This document shows, piece by piece, positions 37,337 to 48,219 of a DNA stretch of 64,000 nt. Source of the stretch: an uncultured Candidatus Saccharibacteria bacterium (GTDB taxonomy: Bacteria; Patescibacteriota; Saccharimonadia; Saccharimonadales; Saccharimonadaceae); the NCBI GenBank assembly GCA_937989565.1, contig CALKRM010000028.1, forward strand, positions 717-64,716, read 5' to 3'. Each line of letters starts with the position of its first letter. Positions within the stretch are counted from its first letter, which is position 1. The notes under the pieces were generated by a model that was given only the letters and a program-made list of their open reading frames with translations, had not been told where the DNA came from and searched no databases. The translations under genes and the position numbers were made by a program.

Positions 37337-37711
37337 ATGAAAAGACAATTTGCAACGTTTTTGATTCGGCTAATTCTTAACTCGGTAGGTATTTGGGTTG
37401 CGGTGCGGCTACTTGGAAATGAAACTCCGGGCGCAACTTCTGCGTGGACGTTTATGATGGCGGGGTTGATATTTTCGGTAGTGAATAGTGTATTGAAACC
37501 AATTGTTACAATTCTAGCCCTGCCAGCAATTCTATTGACCTTAGGACTGTTTACCTTAATTGTAAATGGTTTTATGGTTTACATTTCATTAGCTTTGGCG
37601 CCAGGAATTTCTATGACTTTTGCGCATTCAATTGTTGCCGGGATTATATTGAGTTTGGTAAACTATATTATAAGTAGCGCGCTGGTTTTGCAGCGGGAAG
37701 AAAAGGAGTAA
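37337..37711 (+). CDS. Phage_holin_4_2 / YvlD-type small membrane protein
   Basis: 124 aa from ATG 37337 (TATAAT 37324-37329, 7 nt gap). 4 TM; LKPIVTILALPAILLTLGLFTLIVNGFM. Confidence 0.65.
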   Translation: MKRQFATFLIRLILNSVGIWVAVRLLGNETPGATSAWTFMMAGLIFSVVNSVLKPIVTILALPAILLTLGLFTLIVNGFMVYISLALAPGISMTFAHSIVAGIILSLVNYIISSALVLQREEKE

Positions 37712-37712
37712 T

Positions 37713-37949
37713 ATGTCAATTGATACAATTTTACCGTACGTGACGCTTGGATCTGCCGTACTGATGATTATCGCAATTTTGTTGCAACAACGAGGCGCAA
37801 GTTTGGGCGCAGGATTCGGTTCGTCTGGGGAATTATTCACTACTCGTCGCGGATTTGATAAAAACTTGTTCGACGTAACTATTGTTTTTGCGGTGATTTT
37901 TGTGCTATCGATTTTGGCAAGTATGATTTTGCCGGGATTACAAAAATAG
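37713..37949 (+). CDS. secG: preprotein translocase subunit SecG
   Basis: 78 aa. 2 TM with the LLQQRGASLGAGFGSSG loop typical of SecG. Confidence 0.75.
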   Translation: MSIDTILPYVTLGSAVLMIIAILLQQRGASLGAGFGSSGELFTTRRGFDKNLFDVTIVFAVIFVLSILASMILPGLQK

Positions 37950-37959
37950 GAGAATAGAT

Positions 37960-39750
37960 TTGAGCTCGGATAATTCGTCATGGAATCGTTTTGCGCGGCT
38001 AAAAGTTTCCAGTAAAGATGTTAATAAGCGTCTGCGTAAGATTGAAAAGGGAAGCTTGCGCCATGCGCATAAATTCGTGACATCCAGGTTAGACCGTTTG
38101 TCTAATGTGCGACGTCGGGTTTCTGTTTGGATTGTTTTAGTGTTGGTGATGATTGGTGCCAGTGCGGTGCAGTGGCATATTTCTCGCAATTCTTTCACGA
38201 CAATGGCGTACACTTCTGGCGGATCATATTCTGAGGGGGTACTAGGTCCTTTGGAAAACTTAAATCCGATTTTTGCAAAAACCAATGCTGAAAAATCCGC
38301 CGCGAAGTTGCTATTTTCAAGTTTGTACCGATATGACTCAACAGGCAATATAAAGGCTGATATGGCGGATAGCGTCAGCGTAAACGATAAAGAAACTGAA
38401 TATACAGTTAAGCTGAAAAAGGGTTTGAAGTGGTCAGACGGACAAGATTTAACGGCGGACGATGTAATTTTTACATTGAAACTATTAGCGAATCCAGAAG
38501 TTGGAGCTGAAATATCAGGCTGGAAATCCATAAAATTTGAGAAAGTGTCTGATGATTCGGTGAAGTTTATCTTGCCGTCGTCATATTCGCCGTTTGTCCA
38601 TGCTTTGACATTCCCGATTATTCCTAAACATATATTAAAAGATGTTAAACCGTCGAATTTACGTGAACATGATTTTAATAAGTCGCCTATATCCAGCGGT
38701 CCATTCGCCTTTAGATTGTTGCAGAATGTAACTAGTGATGGCAGTAAAAAAGTGCTATATTTGCAGTCGAATAGCAATTATTATGGCAGCACGCCTAAGT
38801 TAGAACGATTCCAGCTGTACGCGTATCCGACGCAGGATGATATTGCGAAAAGTTTGCGTACGCGAGAAATTACAGGAACTCCAGAATTGATTTATAACGA
38901 TCAATCCGCCGAGGTAAAATCTATGTACGCCGCAGAAGCACACTCTTTGAATAACGGAGTTTACGCGCTGTTTAATAACAACAGTCAGTTCTTGCGATCA
39001 AAAGCTGTTCGCCAAGCTTTGTCGCTCAGTGTCGACACATCCAAATTGCGCCAATCTTTGTCATTGTCTACAGAGGAATTATCTGGCCCAACGCTTAACA
39101 AATTCCTAGGAAAGAATTCGAATTCGTCTAGTTATGACGTCAAGAAAGCGAAATCTCTACTTGACGCCGAGGGCTGGAAGAACGTAAATAATGTTCGCCA
39201 GAAGGGAAATGATAAGCTAAAACTCAACGTGGTCGTTTTGAAGAATAGCAATTACGAAAAGGTCGCCAGGTATTTGGCTCAAGTTTGGTATGATGAGCTG
39301 AATATAGAATCGGATATTAAAGTTGTCGATCCGAACGATGCTACTCAAAATATCCTTCAGACAGTTTTGCAGCCGCGCAATTTTGACGTGCTGGTTTACG
39401 AACTCTCCTTGGGTGGCGACCCCGATGTTTATGCCTATTGGCATTCTTCGCAGGCGACCAACAATGGTTTGAATTTCTCCAATTACAATAACGCGATAGC
39501 GGACGATGCTTTGGAGAGTGGTCGATCTAAAATCTCGGCGAAGCAACGCGCTGATCGCTATGCGAAGTTCACCGCTATTTGGCAAGCGGACGCCCCAGCG
39601 ATTGCCTTGTATCAGCCGAAGTTCGACTATATCCATATTCGGAACGTTAAGGCTCTCGACGCAAGTACCGAAGTTGTCAATCCCGTCGATCGCTATGTTG
39701 ATGTTCAATATTGGGCGACAGAGAAAAAGTCCGTTTACAAAACCCCGTAA
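37960..39750 (+). CDS. membrane-anchored ABC-type substrate-binding protein, family 5 (peptide/nickel type), with no cognate permease nearby
   Basis: 596 aa. TTG start 6 nt after AGGAGA. Basic cytoplasmic N-tail and TM (VSVWIVLVLVMIGASAV), then an SBP_bac_5-like body. Confidence 0.75.
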   Translation: MSSDNSSWNRFARLKVSSKDVNKRLRKIEKGSLRHAHKFVTSRLDRLSNVRRRVSVWIVLVLVMIGASAVQWHISRNSFTTMAYTSGGSYSEGVLGPLENLNPIFAKTNAEKSAAKLLFSSLYRYDSTGNIKADMADSVSVNDKETEYTVKLKKGLKWSDGQDLTADDVIFTLKLLANPEVGAEISGWKSIKFEKVSDDSVKFILPSSYSPFVHALTFPIIPKHILKDVKPSNLREHDFNKSPISSGPFAFRLLQNVTSDGSKKVLYLQSNSNYYGSTPKLERFQLYAYPTQDDIAKSLRTREITGTPELIYNDQSAEVKSMYAAEAHSLNNGVYALFNNNSQFLRSKAVRQALSLSVDTSKLRQSLSLSTEELSGPTLNKFLGKNSNSSSYDVKKAKSLLDAEGWKNVNNVRQKGNDKLKLNVVVLKNSNYEKVARYLAQVWYDELNIESDIKVVDPNDATQNILQTVLQPRNFDVLVYELSLGGDPDVYAYWHSSQATNNGLNFSNYNNAIADDALESGRSKISAKQRADRYAKFTAIWQADAPAIALYQPKFDYIHIRNVKALDASTEVVNPVDRYVDVQYWATEKKSVYKTP

Positions 39751-39774
39751 TCGGGTATAATGGTAAGTGGTTAT

Positions 39775-39862
39775 GCGGGCGTGGCGGAATTGGTAGACGC
39801 GCTAGCTTGAGGGGCTAGTGAGCATTGCGCTCGTGGAAGTTCAAGTCTTCTCGCTCGCACCA
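39775..39862 (+). tRNA. tRNA-Leu (anticodon GAG), CCA encoded
   Basis: 88 nt. Manual cloverleaf: acceptor GCGGGCG/CGCTCGC, anticodon stem ctagc/gctag, loop ttGAGgg, long variable arm, T-loop ttcaagt. TATAAT at 39756-39761. Confidence 0.9.
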
Positions 39863-39930
39863 AACATATTGCAATTATTAGATGAATTGTTTGTGATATG
39901 TTTTGTAAAATCTGATATAATAAAAGCGGT

Positions 39931-40004
39931 GGCGCGTTGGCGGAGCGGTTACGCAGAGGTCTGCAAAACCTTTTAGACGAGTTCGATTCTCGTACGTGCC
40001 TCCA
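39931..40004 (+). tRNA. tRNA-Cys (anticodon GCA), CCA encoded
   Basis: 74 nt. Acceptor GGCGCGT/ACGTGCC, loop ctGCAaa, discriminator U73 as expected for Cys. TGaTATAAT at 39913-39921, 9 nt upstream. Confidence 0.9.
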
Positions 40005-40015
40005 ATTTTTGATAA

Positions 40016-40042
40016 ATAGTCCCGAATATTGGGCTATTTTTT
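40016..40042 (+). terminator. rho-independent terminator after tRNA-Cys
   Basis: atagtccc gaatatt gggctat with one bulge, followed by a T6 run. Confidence 0.6.
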
Positions 40043-40128
40043 ATTTTGCGAAATTGTACAATTTACTTAGCAAATATAGTATAATATAAGTAGTCTGGCG
40101 CGCGGGCGTCTGGATTGTATATAAATAA

Positions 40129-40214
40129 GCGCGAGTGGCGGAATTGGTAGACGCGAGGGACTTAAAATCCCTTGACCAAAAGTCGTGCGGGTTCGATTCC
40201 CGCCTTGCGCACCA
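40129..40214 (+). tRNA. tRNA-Leu (anticodon TAA), CCA encoded
   Basis: 86 nt. Acceptor GCGCGAG/CTTGCGC, anticodon stem aggga/tccct, loop ctTAAaa, long variable arm, T-loop ttcgatt. Confidence 0.9.
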
Positions 40215-40261
40215 AAGTTGTAAAGAAAGTAATATTGAATAGGAAAGGGACAAGGTAAGAA

Positions 40262-40831
40262 ATGAGTCCATTGGTAATTGTACTTATTGTTACAGTAGTA
40301 GTTTTATTAGTGCTCGTAGGAGTTGTAATTGGTGCATACAACGGTTTGGTTGTATTGCGTAACCGCGTAGAAGAAGCGTGGAGTGATATTACTGTCCAGT
40401 TAAAGCGCCGAACTGATCTAATTCCAAATTTGGTAAACTCAGTAAAAGGCTATGCTACACACGAAAAAGAAGTGTTTGAGAAGGTTGCAGAAGCTCGTTC
40501 GGCAATTATGAATGCCGGCAGCGTGGCTGAAACCGCCAAGGCTGAAAATGCTTTGGAAGGCGCTTTGAAGAGCTTGTTCGCCGTATCTGAGGCTTACCCA
40601 GAATTGAAAGCAAACCAGAACTTCTTGCAATTGCAGCAGGAATTGGTTGACACTGAGGATAAAATCCAAGCAGCTCGCCGATTCTACAACGGTGGCGTTC
40701 GCGACCTGAATACGAAGATTCAGACTTTCCCAACAAACATCATCGCGGGAATGTTTGGCTTCCAAGCTAAGGAATTCTTCGACGTTGAGGATCGCGCAAG
40801 CATCGAAAATCCAGTTGAAGTAAAGTTCTAA
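40262..40831 (+). CDS. lemA: LemA family protein
   Basis: 189 aa. N-terminal [36 protein letters not shown]. Confidence 0.9.
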   Translation: MSPLVIVLIVTVVVLLVLVGVVIGAYNGLVVLRNRVEEAWSDITVQLKRRTDLIPNLVNSVKGYATHEKEVFEKVAEARSAIMNAGSVAETAKAENALEGALKSLFAVSEAYPELKANQNFLQLQQELVDTEDKIQAARRFYNGGVRDLNTKIQTFPTNIIAGMFGFQAKEFFDVEDRASIENPVEVKF

Positions 40832-40846
40832 TTGAACCCTGAAATG

Positions 40847-40880
40847 AAAATCGCTCGTCTATTTTTAGCGGGCGATTTTT
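40847..40880 (+). terminator. rho-independent terminator after lemA
   Basis: 11-bp stem aaaatcgctcg / cgggcgatttt (one G-U pair), 11-nt loop. Confidence 0.7.
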
Positions 40881-40888
40881 GGTATAAT
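40880..40888 (+). promoter_or_regulatory. extended -10 (TGgTATAAT) 6 nt upstream of the htpX ATG
   Basis: tTGGTATAATtaacatATG. Confidence 0.6.
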
Positions 40889-40894
40889 TAACAT

Positions 40895-41770
40895 ATGTAC
40901 AATGCAGTTTCTCAAAACAAACGCAACACAATATTAATTATGTCTGTGTTTGTGATAATTATTGGAGTCATCGGTCTGTTTATCGGAGCGGCGACTGATA
41001 GCTATTCGTTGGCGCTCATCATTTTCATATGTGCGATATTGTATGCTTGGTTGCAATATTTTATAGCTGGCAAGTTGGCTATGATGATGACTGGCGCTCA
41101 GGAAATTAGTAAAAATGACGCTCCTGAACTTTGGCGAGTGGTGGAAAATCTGTCTATCGCTTCTGGTATGCCGATGCCGAAAGTTTATATTATTGACGAT
41201 CCAGCTCCGAACGCTTTTGCGACTGGTCGCGACCCAAATCATGCTATTGTTGGTGCAACCACTGGGCTTTTAGATATTATGGACAAGCGTGAGCTGGAGG
41301 CTGTTATGGCGCATGAAATGAGCCACGTGCGAAATTACGACATTCGCGTGAGTATGATTGCTTTTGGTTTGGTTAGTGCAATTGGACTGTTTGCGGATTT
41401 GGCGCTTAGAATGATGTTTTATAGCGATGACCGTGATAGGGATGTTAATCCTATTGTCTATGCTCTCGGGCTAATCGTGGTTATATTGGCGCCGCTTTTG
41501 GCAACGATAACCCAGCTGGCAGTTAGTAGGCAGCGTGAATATCTGGCGGATGCTTCGGGTGTATTATTGACACGAGATACTGAAGGATTAGCAAGCGCGC
41601 TGGAAAAATTGCGCCAATACGGCAGACCAATGCAAAAACAAAGTTCTTCCACTGCCAATTTGTTCATGAATAATCCTTTGAAGCCCGGATTTTTCTCGAA
41701 ACTATTTAGTACTCATCCACCGCTAGAAGACAGAATTGCAAGGTTGAGAAATAACGCAACAAAGATGTAA
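40895..41770 (+). CDS. htpX: zinc metalloprotease HtpX (M48)
   Basis: 291 aa. 4 TM, HEMSHV zinc motif, REYLADA, STHPPLEDRI. Confidence 0.92.
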   Translation: MYNAVSQNKRNTILIMSVFVIIIGVIGLFIGAATDSYSLALIIFICAILYAWLQYFIAGKLAMMMTGAQEISKNDAPELWRVVENLSIASGMPMPKVYIIDDPAPNAFATGRDPNHAIVGATTGLLDIMDKRELEAVMAHEMSHVRNYDIRVSMIAFGLVSAIGLFADLALRMMFYSDDRDRDVNPIVYALGLIVVILAPLLATITQLAVSRQREYLADASGVLLTRDTEGLASALEKLRQYGRPMQKQSSSTANLFMNNPLKPGFFSKLFSTHPPLEDRIARLRNNATKM

Positions 41771-41772
41771 TT

Positions 41773-44863
<3,091 letters not shown>

Positions 44864-44882
44864 ATTAATGTATAATTTACGC

Positions 44883-45581
44883 ATGGATAAGATTAAAAAA
44901 CCGAGACTCTACTGTTTTTCTCCAGCAGTAATGCTGGCGACGTTGACAATTGAAATTATTCTGGCGATATATACTTTTTGGAAGTATAAATTGAATGCCG
45001 TGACAAAGATTGTGATCATGCTGTTGATCTGTTTGGCGCTGTTTCAATGGGCTGAATATAACGTTTGTGAAGGTGCGATTATTCTGGATAATCTAGGCTG
45101 GGCTAAACTTGGCTATATTGCAATTACTATGCTTCCGCCTCTGGGTATTCATTTGATATATAAAATTTCTGGCGATAAGAGACGGTGGATTCCTGTGCTT
45201 GGTTACACTTTTGCCGCAGTGTTTATTAGCTATTTTCTATTGGAGGCTAACGGAATTAAGTCTGGGGCTTGCCTGGGTAATTATGTGATTTTTGAAAATC
45301 AGCCGGGTGTCGGAATGTGGTATGGTTTGTATTATTACGGCCTATTATTTGCGGCAATTGCTTATGCGTATGTTAGGAGTAAAACCTCCAGTAAACATAT
45401 TCGGCGTTCTCTAGGTTCGTTGATTGTGGGATATGTTTTATTTATGGCGCCTACGACGTTTGTTAATATTATCGATCCATCGACTATTATCGGAATTCCG
45501 TCAATTATGTGTGGATTTGCAGTTTTGATGGCGGTAGTTTTAGCTGGGAAAGTTTTGCCAGAATGTGTAAATGAGAAATGA
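44883..45581 (+). CDS. hypothetical 7-TM membrane protein
   Basis: 232 aa from ATG 44883. The track ATG 44868 reads ATG TAT AAT, i.e. it lies on the -10 box (TATAAT 44871-44876, 6 nt gap). Confidence 0.5.
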   Translation: MDKIKKPRLYCFSPAVMLATLTIEIILAIYTFWKYKLNAVTKIVIMLLICLALFQWAEYNVCEGAIILDNLGWAKLGYIAITMLPPLGIHLIYKISGDKRRWIPVLGYTFAAVFISYFLLEANGIKSGACLGNYVIFENQPGVGMWYGLYYYGLLFAAIAYAYVRSKTSSKHIRRSLGSLIVGYVLFMAPTTFVNIIDPSTIIGIPSIMCGFAVLMAVVLAGKVLPECVNEK

Positions 45582-45740
45582 TGCTTGTGTTTTTTTGTGC
45601 GATAATGCATAATTAAACATGAGCTGGTACGCATAGGGGCATTCTCCTATGCTTGCCAATTGAAAGACAAACACATATTCAAATATGCCCCGGGTGGGCG
45701 CGTAGCAGCTCTTCTATAATGCTTATGGTATTATATAGTT

Positions 45741-47030
45741 ATGGTTACTGTTTCAAAAAAGAGGGAAGAAAAACTAGCAAAATTAGTGCGAGAATTTTTT
45801 GCTGTTCATCCAGACGTGAAGCTTGTGGCGATAACTGGTAGCGCTGGAAAGGCTAGTGCGAAAATAGCTATCGGTACGGTTTTGGCGCAACAATTTGATA
45901 TTCAACTTCGCAATGAAGAGCCGAAGACGAAAGCTGACGTTTTCCTTCAGATGATGGGTGTGAAAATGCCTGAAAAAGGCTTGTTCAAATGGTGGAAAGT
46001 GATGCGCGCCGTAAAGAAGAGAATTAAGGCAGAAAAACCGGAAGTTCAAGTGATTGTTCAGGAATTTAATCCAAAAGAGCTTGGTTATAACGATTGGTTT
46101 AAGGCTTATGTTGTGCCGGATATTACGGTTGTAACTTCTGTGACAAATGGTCGAATGCAGGTTGAATATTCCTTGGAAGAAGTGGCGAATGAGATGATTT
46201 CGCTGGCGAATTTCTCGCGAATGGCGATGATAAATCGTGATGACATTGACGGGCGTTTTGCTAGCTTTTTGACAAATCCTAATATCACTACTTACGGAAG
46301 TGATCCAGTGGCGGAGTATAATTTTGACGATCGTAATTTTTCCCTGAAAGATGGGCATCACGGCTTTATTATGTCGCCAGAAAATCCTAACGGATTAGAG
46401 GTCAACGTTAAGCTAATTGGCGAGCATAATATTCGTCCAGCGATCGTGGCGGCAGCTATTGGGTATGCGTTTGGTGAAACTGAGGAGAACATAAAAAAGG
46501 GCATAGAGAATTTGCGTCCACTGCCTGGCAGGATGAATTTACTGAAGGGTGCGGATAATACTTGGTTGATTGATGATAGCTATAGTTCGACGCCGTTGAC
46601 TGCTTTGGCGGCTTTACAATCTTTGTATCGAATTGAGACTCCGCAGCGCATTACTGTACTTGGCAATATGAATGGCTTAAAGGGAATTTTCGAGCAAGCT
46701 CACGCCGAACTTGGTTCTCATTGTAGTCCTGATTTGTTGGATTGGGTTGTGACGGTTGGCGAGAAAGCTAATCAATATTTGGCGCCGGCTGCACGTCAAA
46801 GAGGTTGTCAGGTGAAGGAATGCAAGAATGCCATCGAGGCTGGATCTTTCGTGCGCGACAAATTGAAATCTGAAGGCGTCGCTCTGTTTAAGGGTTCAAG
46901 CGGCGGCGTATGGCTAGAGGAATCTATAAAAATCAACCTTCATAGCACTGAGGACGATAAATACTTAGTCAGGCAAACGCCGGAGTGGATTGCTAGGAAA
47001 AACCAATTTTTCTCACAATTTAAAGATTAA
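45741..47030 (+). CDS. Mur ligase family protein, MurF-like but divergent
   Basis: 429 aa. P-loop ITGSAGKASAK, GRMN, DDSYSSTP, VLGNMNGLKG, KGS. The central TN.G.AH-type motif reads TSVTNGRMQ, with no His. Confidence 0.7.
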   Translation: MVTVSKKREEKLAKLVREFFAVHPDVKLVAITGSAGKASAKIAIGTVLAQQFDIQLRNEEPKTKADVFLQMMGVKMPEKGLFKWWKVMRAVKKRIKAEKPEVQVIVQEFNPKELGYNDWFKAYVVPDITVVTSVTNGRMQVEYSLEEVANEMISLANFSRMAMINRDDIDGRFASFLTNPNITTYGSDPVAEYNFDDRNFSLKDGHHGFIMSPENPNGLEVNVKLIGEHNIRPAIVAAAIGYAFGETEENIKKGIENLRPLPGRMNLLKGADNTWLIDDSYSSTPLTALAALQSLYRIETPQRITVLGNMNGLKGIFEQAHAELGSHCSPDLLDWVVTVGEKANQYLAPAARQRGCQVKECKNAIEAGSFVRDKLKSEGVALFKGSSGGVWLEESIKINLHSTEDDKYLVRQTPEWIARKNQFFSQFKD

Positions 47031-47069
47031 TGTGATATATTAAATTCAAGGTATATAAAACAAGGGGGA

Positions 47070-48158
47070 ATGATGGATCAAGGTAATCAACCTGCACCGC
47101 AGTCGCAATATAACGGCGTGCCGATGCAACCAAAAAAGAAGAAAACGGGATTGATAATTGGCATAGTGCTGGGAGTTATAGCTCTTATTGCTATTATTTC
47201 TGCTGTGCTAGTTTATTTCTTGTGGTGGCAGAATCCAGAAAAGATGGTTACGGATGCTGTGTCTAATGCCATTATGGCAAAGAAGATGACTGCCGACGGT
47301 AAGGTATTTATTGACATGCGCGACCAAGGAAAAATAGAGCTAAACGTAAAGACTGCTACTGATTCGGGAAAATCAAAGGCGAATATTGACGCTAAGCTTA
47401 ATATCAAAGGGGTCGAAAAGAGTATTCCACTAGACGGTGATATGGTTCTTGGCGATGATGGGACGATATATGTGAAGATAAATAACTTTAAGGACTTGTA
47501 TGGCACTTTGCTTGAAATAGTTATGGAGTCTTCGTCTGGCGGCAAGGCATCAAGGTCTCAAATAGAAACTTACCGTGATCAAACTTTGAGAAAGATGAGC
47601 TCTGAGATAGATAAAATGAATAATACATGGATGAAAGTATCTCCAGATGAAATTGGTGATGAATATAAGTGTGGAATTAATGCTCTAAAGAAAATTCAAA
47701 GTGACGAAAGTGTCCGCAAGGAAGTAGTTCAACTTTATCAAAAGAATAGCTTCTTCACTATAAAAGACTCAAAGATTAGCGATCGTAATGGTGGGCGTGG
47801 TTTTGAACTAAAGGGTGATAACAGTAAATTGTCGAAATTTAATGATGAGTTTAAAGATTCATCAGCAGGCAAGGCGCTCAGTAAGTGTGGAAAAAATAAT
47901 AGCTACAAGAGTAGTGAATCGTCATCTATCGACACGGCTTCATTGAAGGTGTGGGTTGATAGGTCATCTCATGAACTGAAGGCCTTGGAGTTGAAAGGTG
48001 ATGGCAAGAAGGCTTCTGTAGAAATTTCATTTGACATTAATATGAACAAGTCTGAGGAAATTAAGGCGCCGTCGGACGCTGAAAGCTTGAAAGAGTTTGT
48101 AGAAGGTTTTATGAGCGGATATTCGAGCGGATTGTCATCAACCTCGACTAGACGATAG
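47070..48158 (+). CDS. hypothetical membrane-anchored extracytoplasmic protein
   Basis: 362 aa. SD aaggggg. Pro/Gln-rich N-tail, TM (LIIGIVLGVIALIAIISAVLVYFLWW), Lys/Ser-rich body. Confidence 0.55.
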   Translation: MMDQGNQPAPQSQYNGVPMQPKKKKTGLIIGIVLGVIALIAIISAVLVYFLWWQNPEKMVTDAVSNAIMAKKMTADGKVFIDMRDQGKIELNVKTATDSGKSKANIDAKLNIKGVEKSIPLDGDMVLGDDGTIYVKINNFKDLYGTLLEIVMESSSGGKASRSQIETYRDQTLRKMSSEIDKMNNTWMKVSPDEIGDEYKCGINALKKIQSDESVRKEVVQLYQKNSFFTIKDSKISDRNGGRGFELKGDNSKLSKFNDEFKDSSAGKALSKCGKNNSYKSSESSSIDTASLKVWVDRSSHELKALELKGDGKKASVEISFDINMNKSEEIKAPSDAESLKEFVEGFMSGYSSGLSSTSTRR

Positions 48159-48175
48159 TTTAATTGCTTAATAAT

Positions 48176-48204
48176 AATCCCGTTCGTAATGAGCGGGATT
48201 ATTT
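48176..48204 (+). terminator. rho-independent terminator
   Basis: aatcccg ttcgtaatgag cgggatt followed by attt. Confidence 0.7.
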
Positions 48205-48212
48205 GCTATAAT
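48204..48212 (+). promoter_or_regulatory. extended -10 (TGcTATAAT) 7 nt upstream of the leuS ATG
   Basis: tTGCTATAATtacagatATG. Confidence 0.6.
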
Positions 48213-48219
48213 TACAGAT

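Noticed and set aside
40041-40271. 76-aa minus-strand ORF in the tRNA cluster
   Set aside because: It overlaps tRNA-Leu(TAA) and its promoter. The translation includes the reverse complement of the tRNA, so it is spurious.
45653-45841. 62-aa + strand ORF upstream of and overlapping the MurF-like gene
   Set aside because: It is Cys/Ser/Arg-rich, overlaps the better-supported ligase start and its -10 box, and has no start signals.
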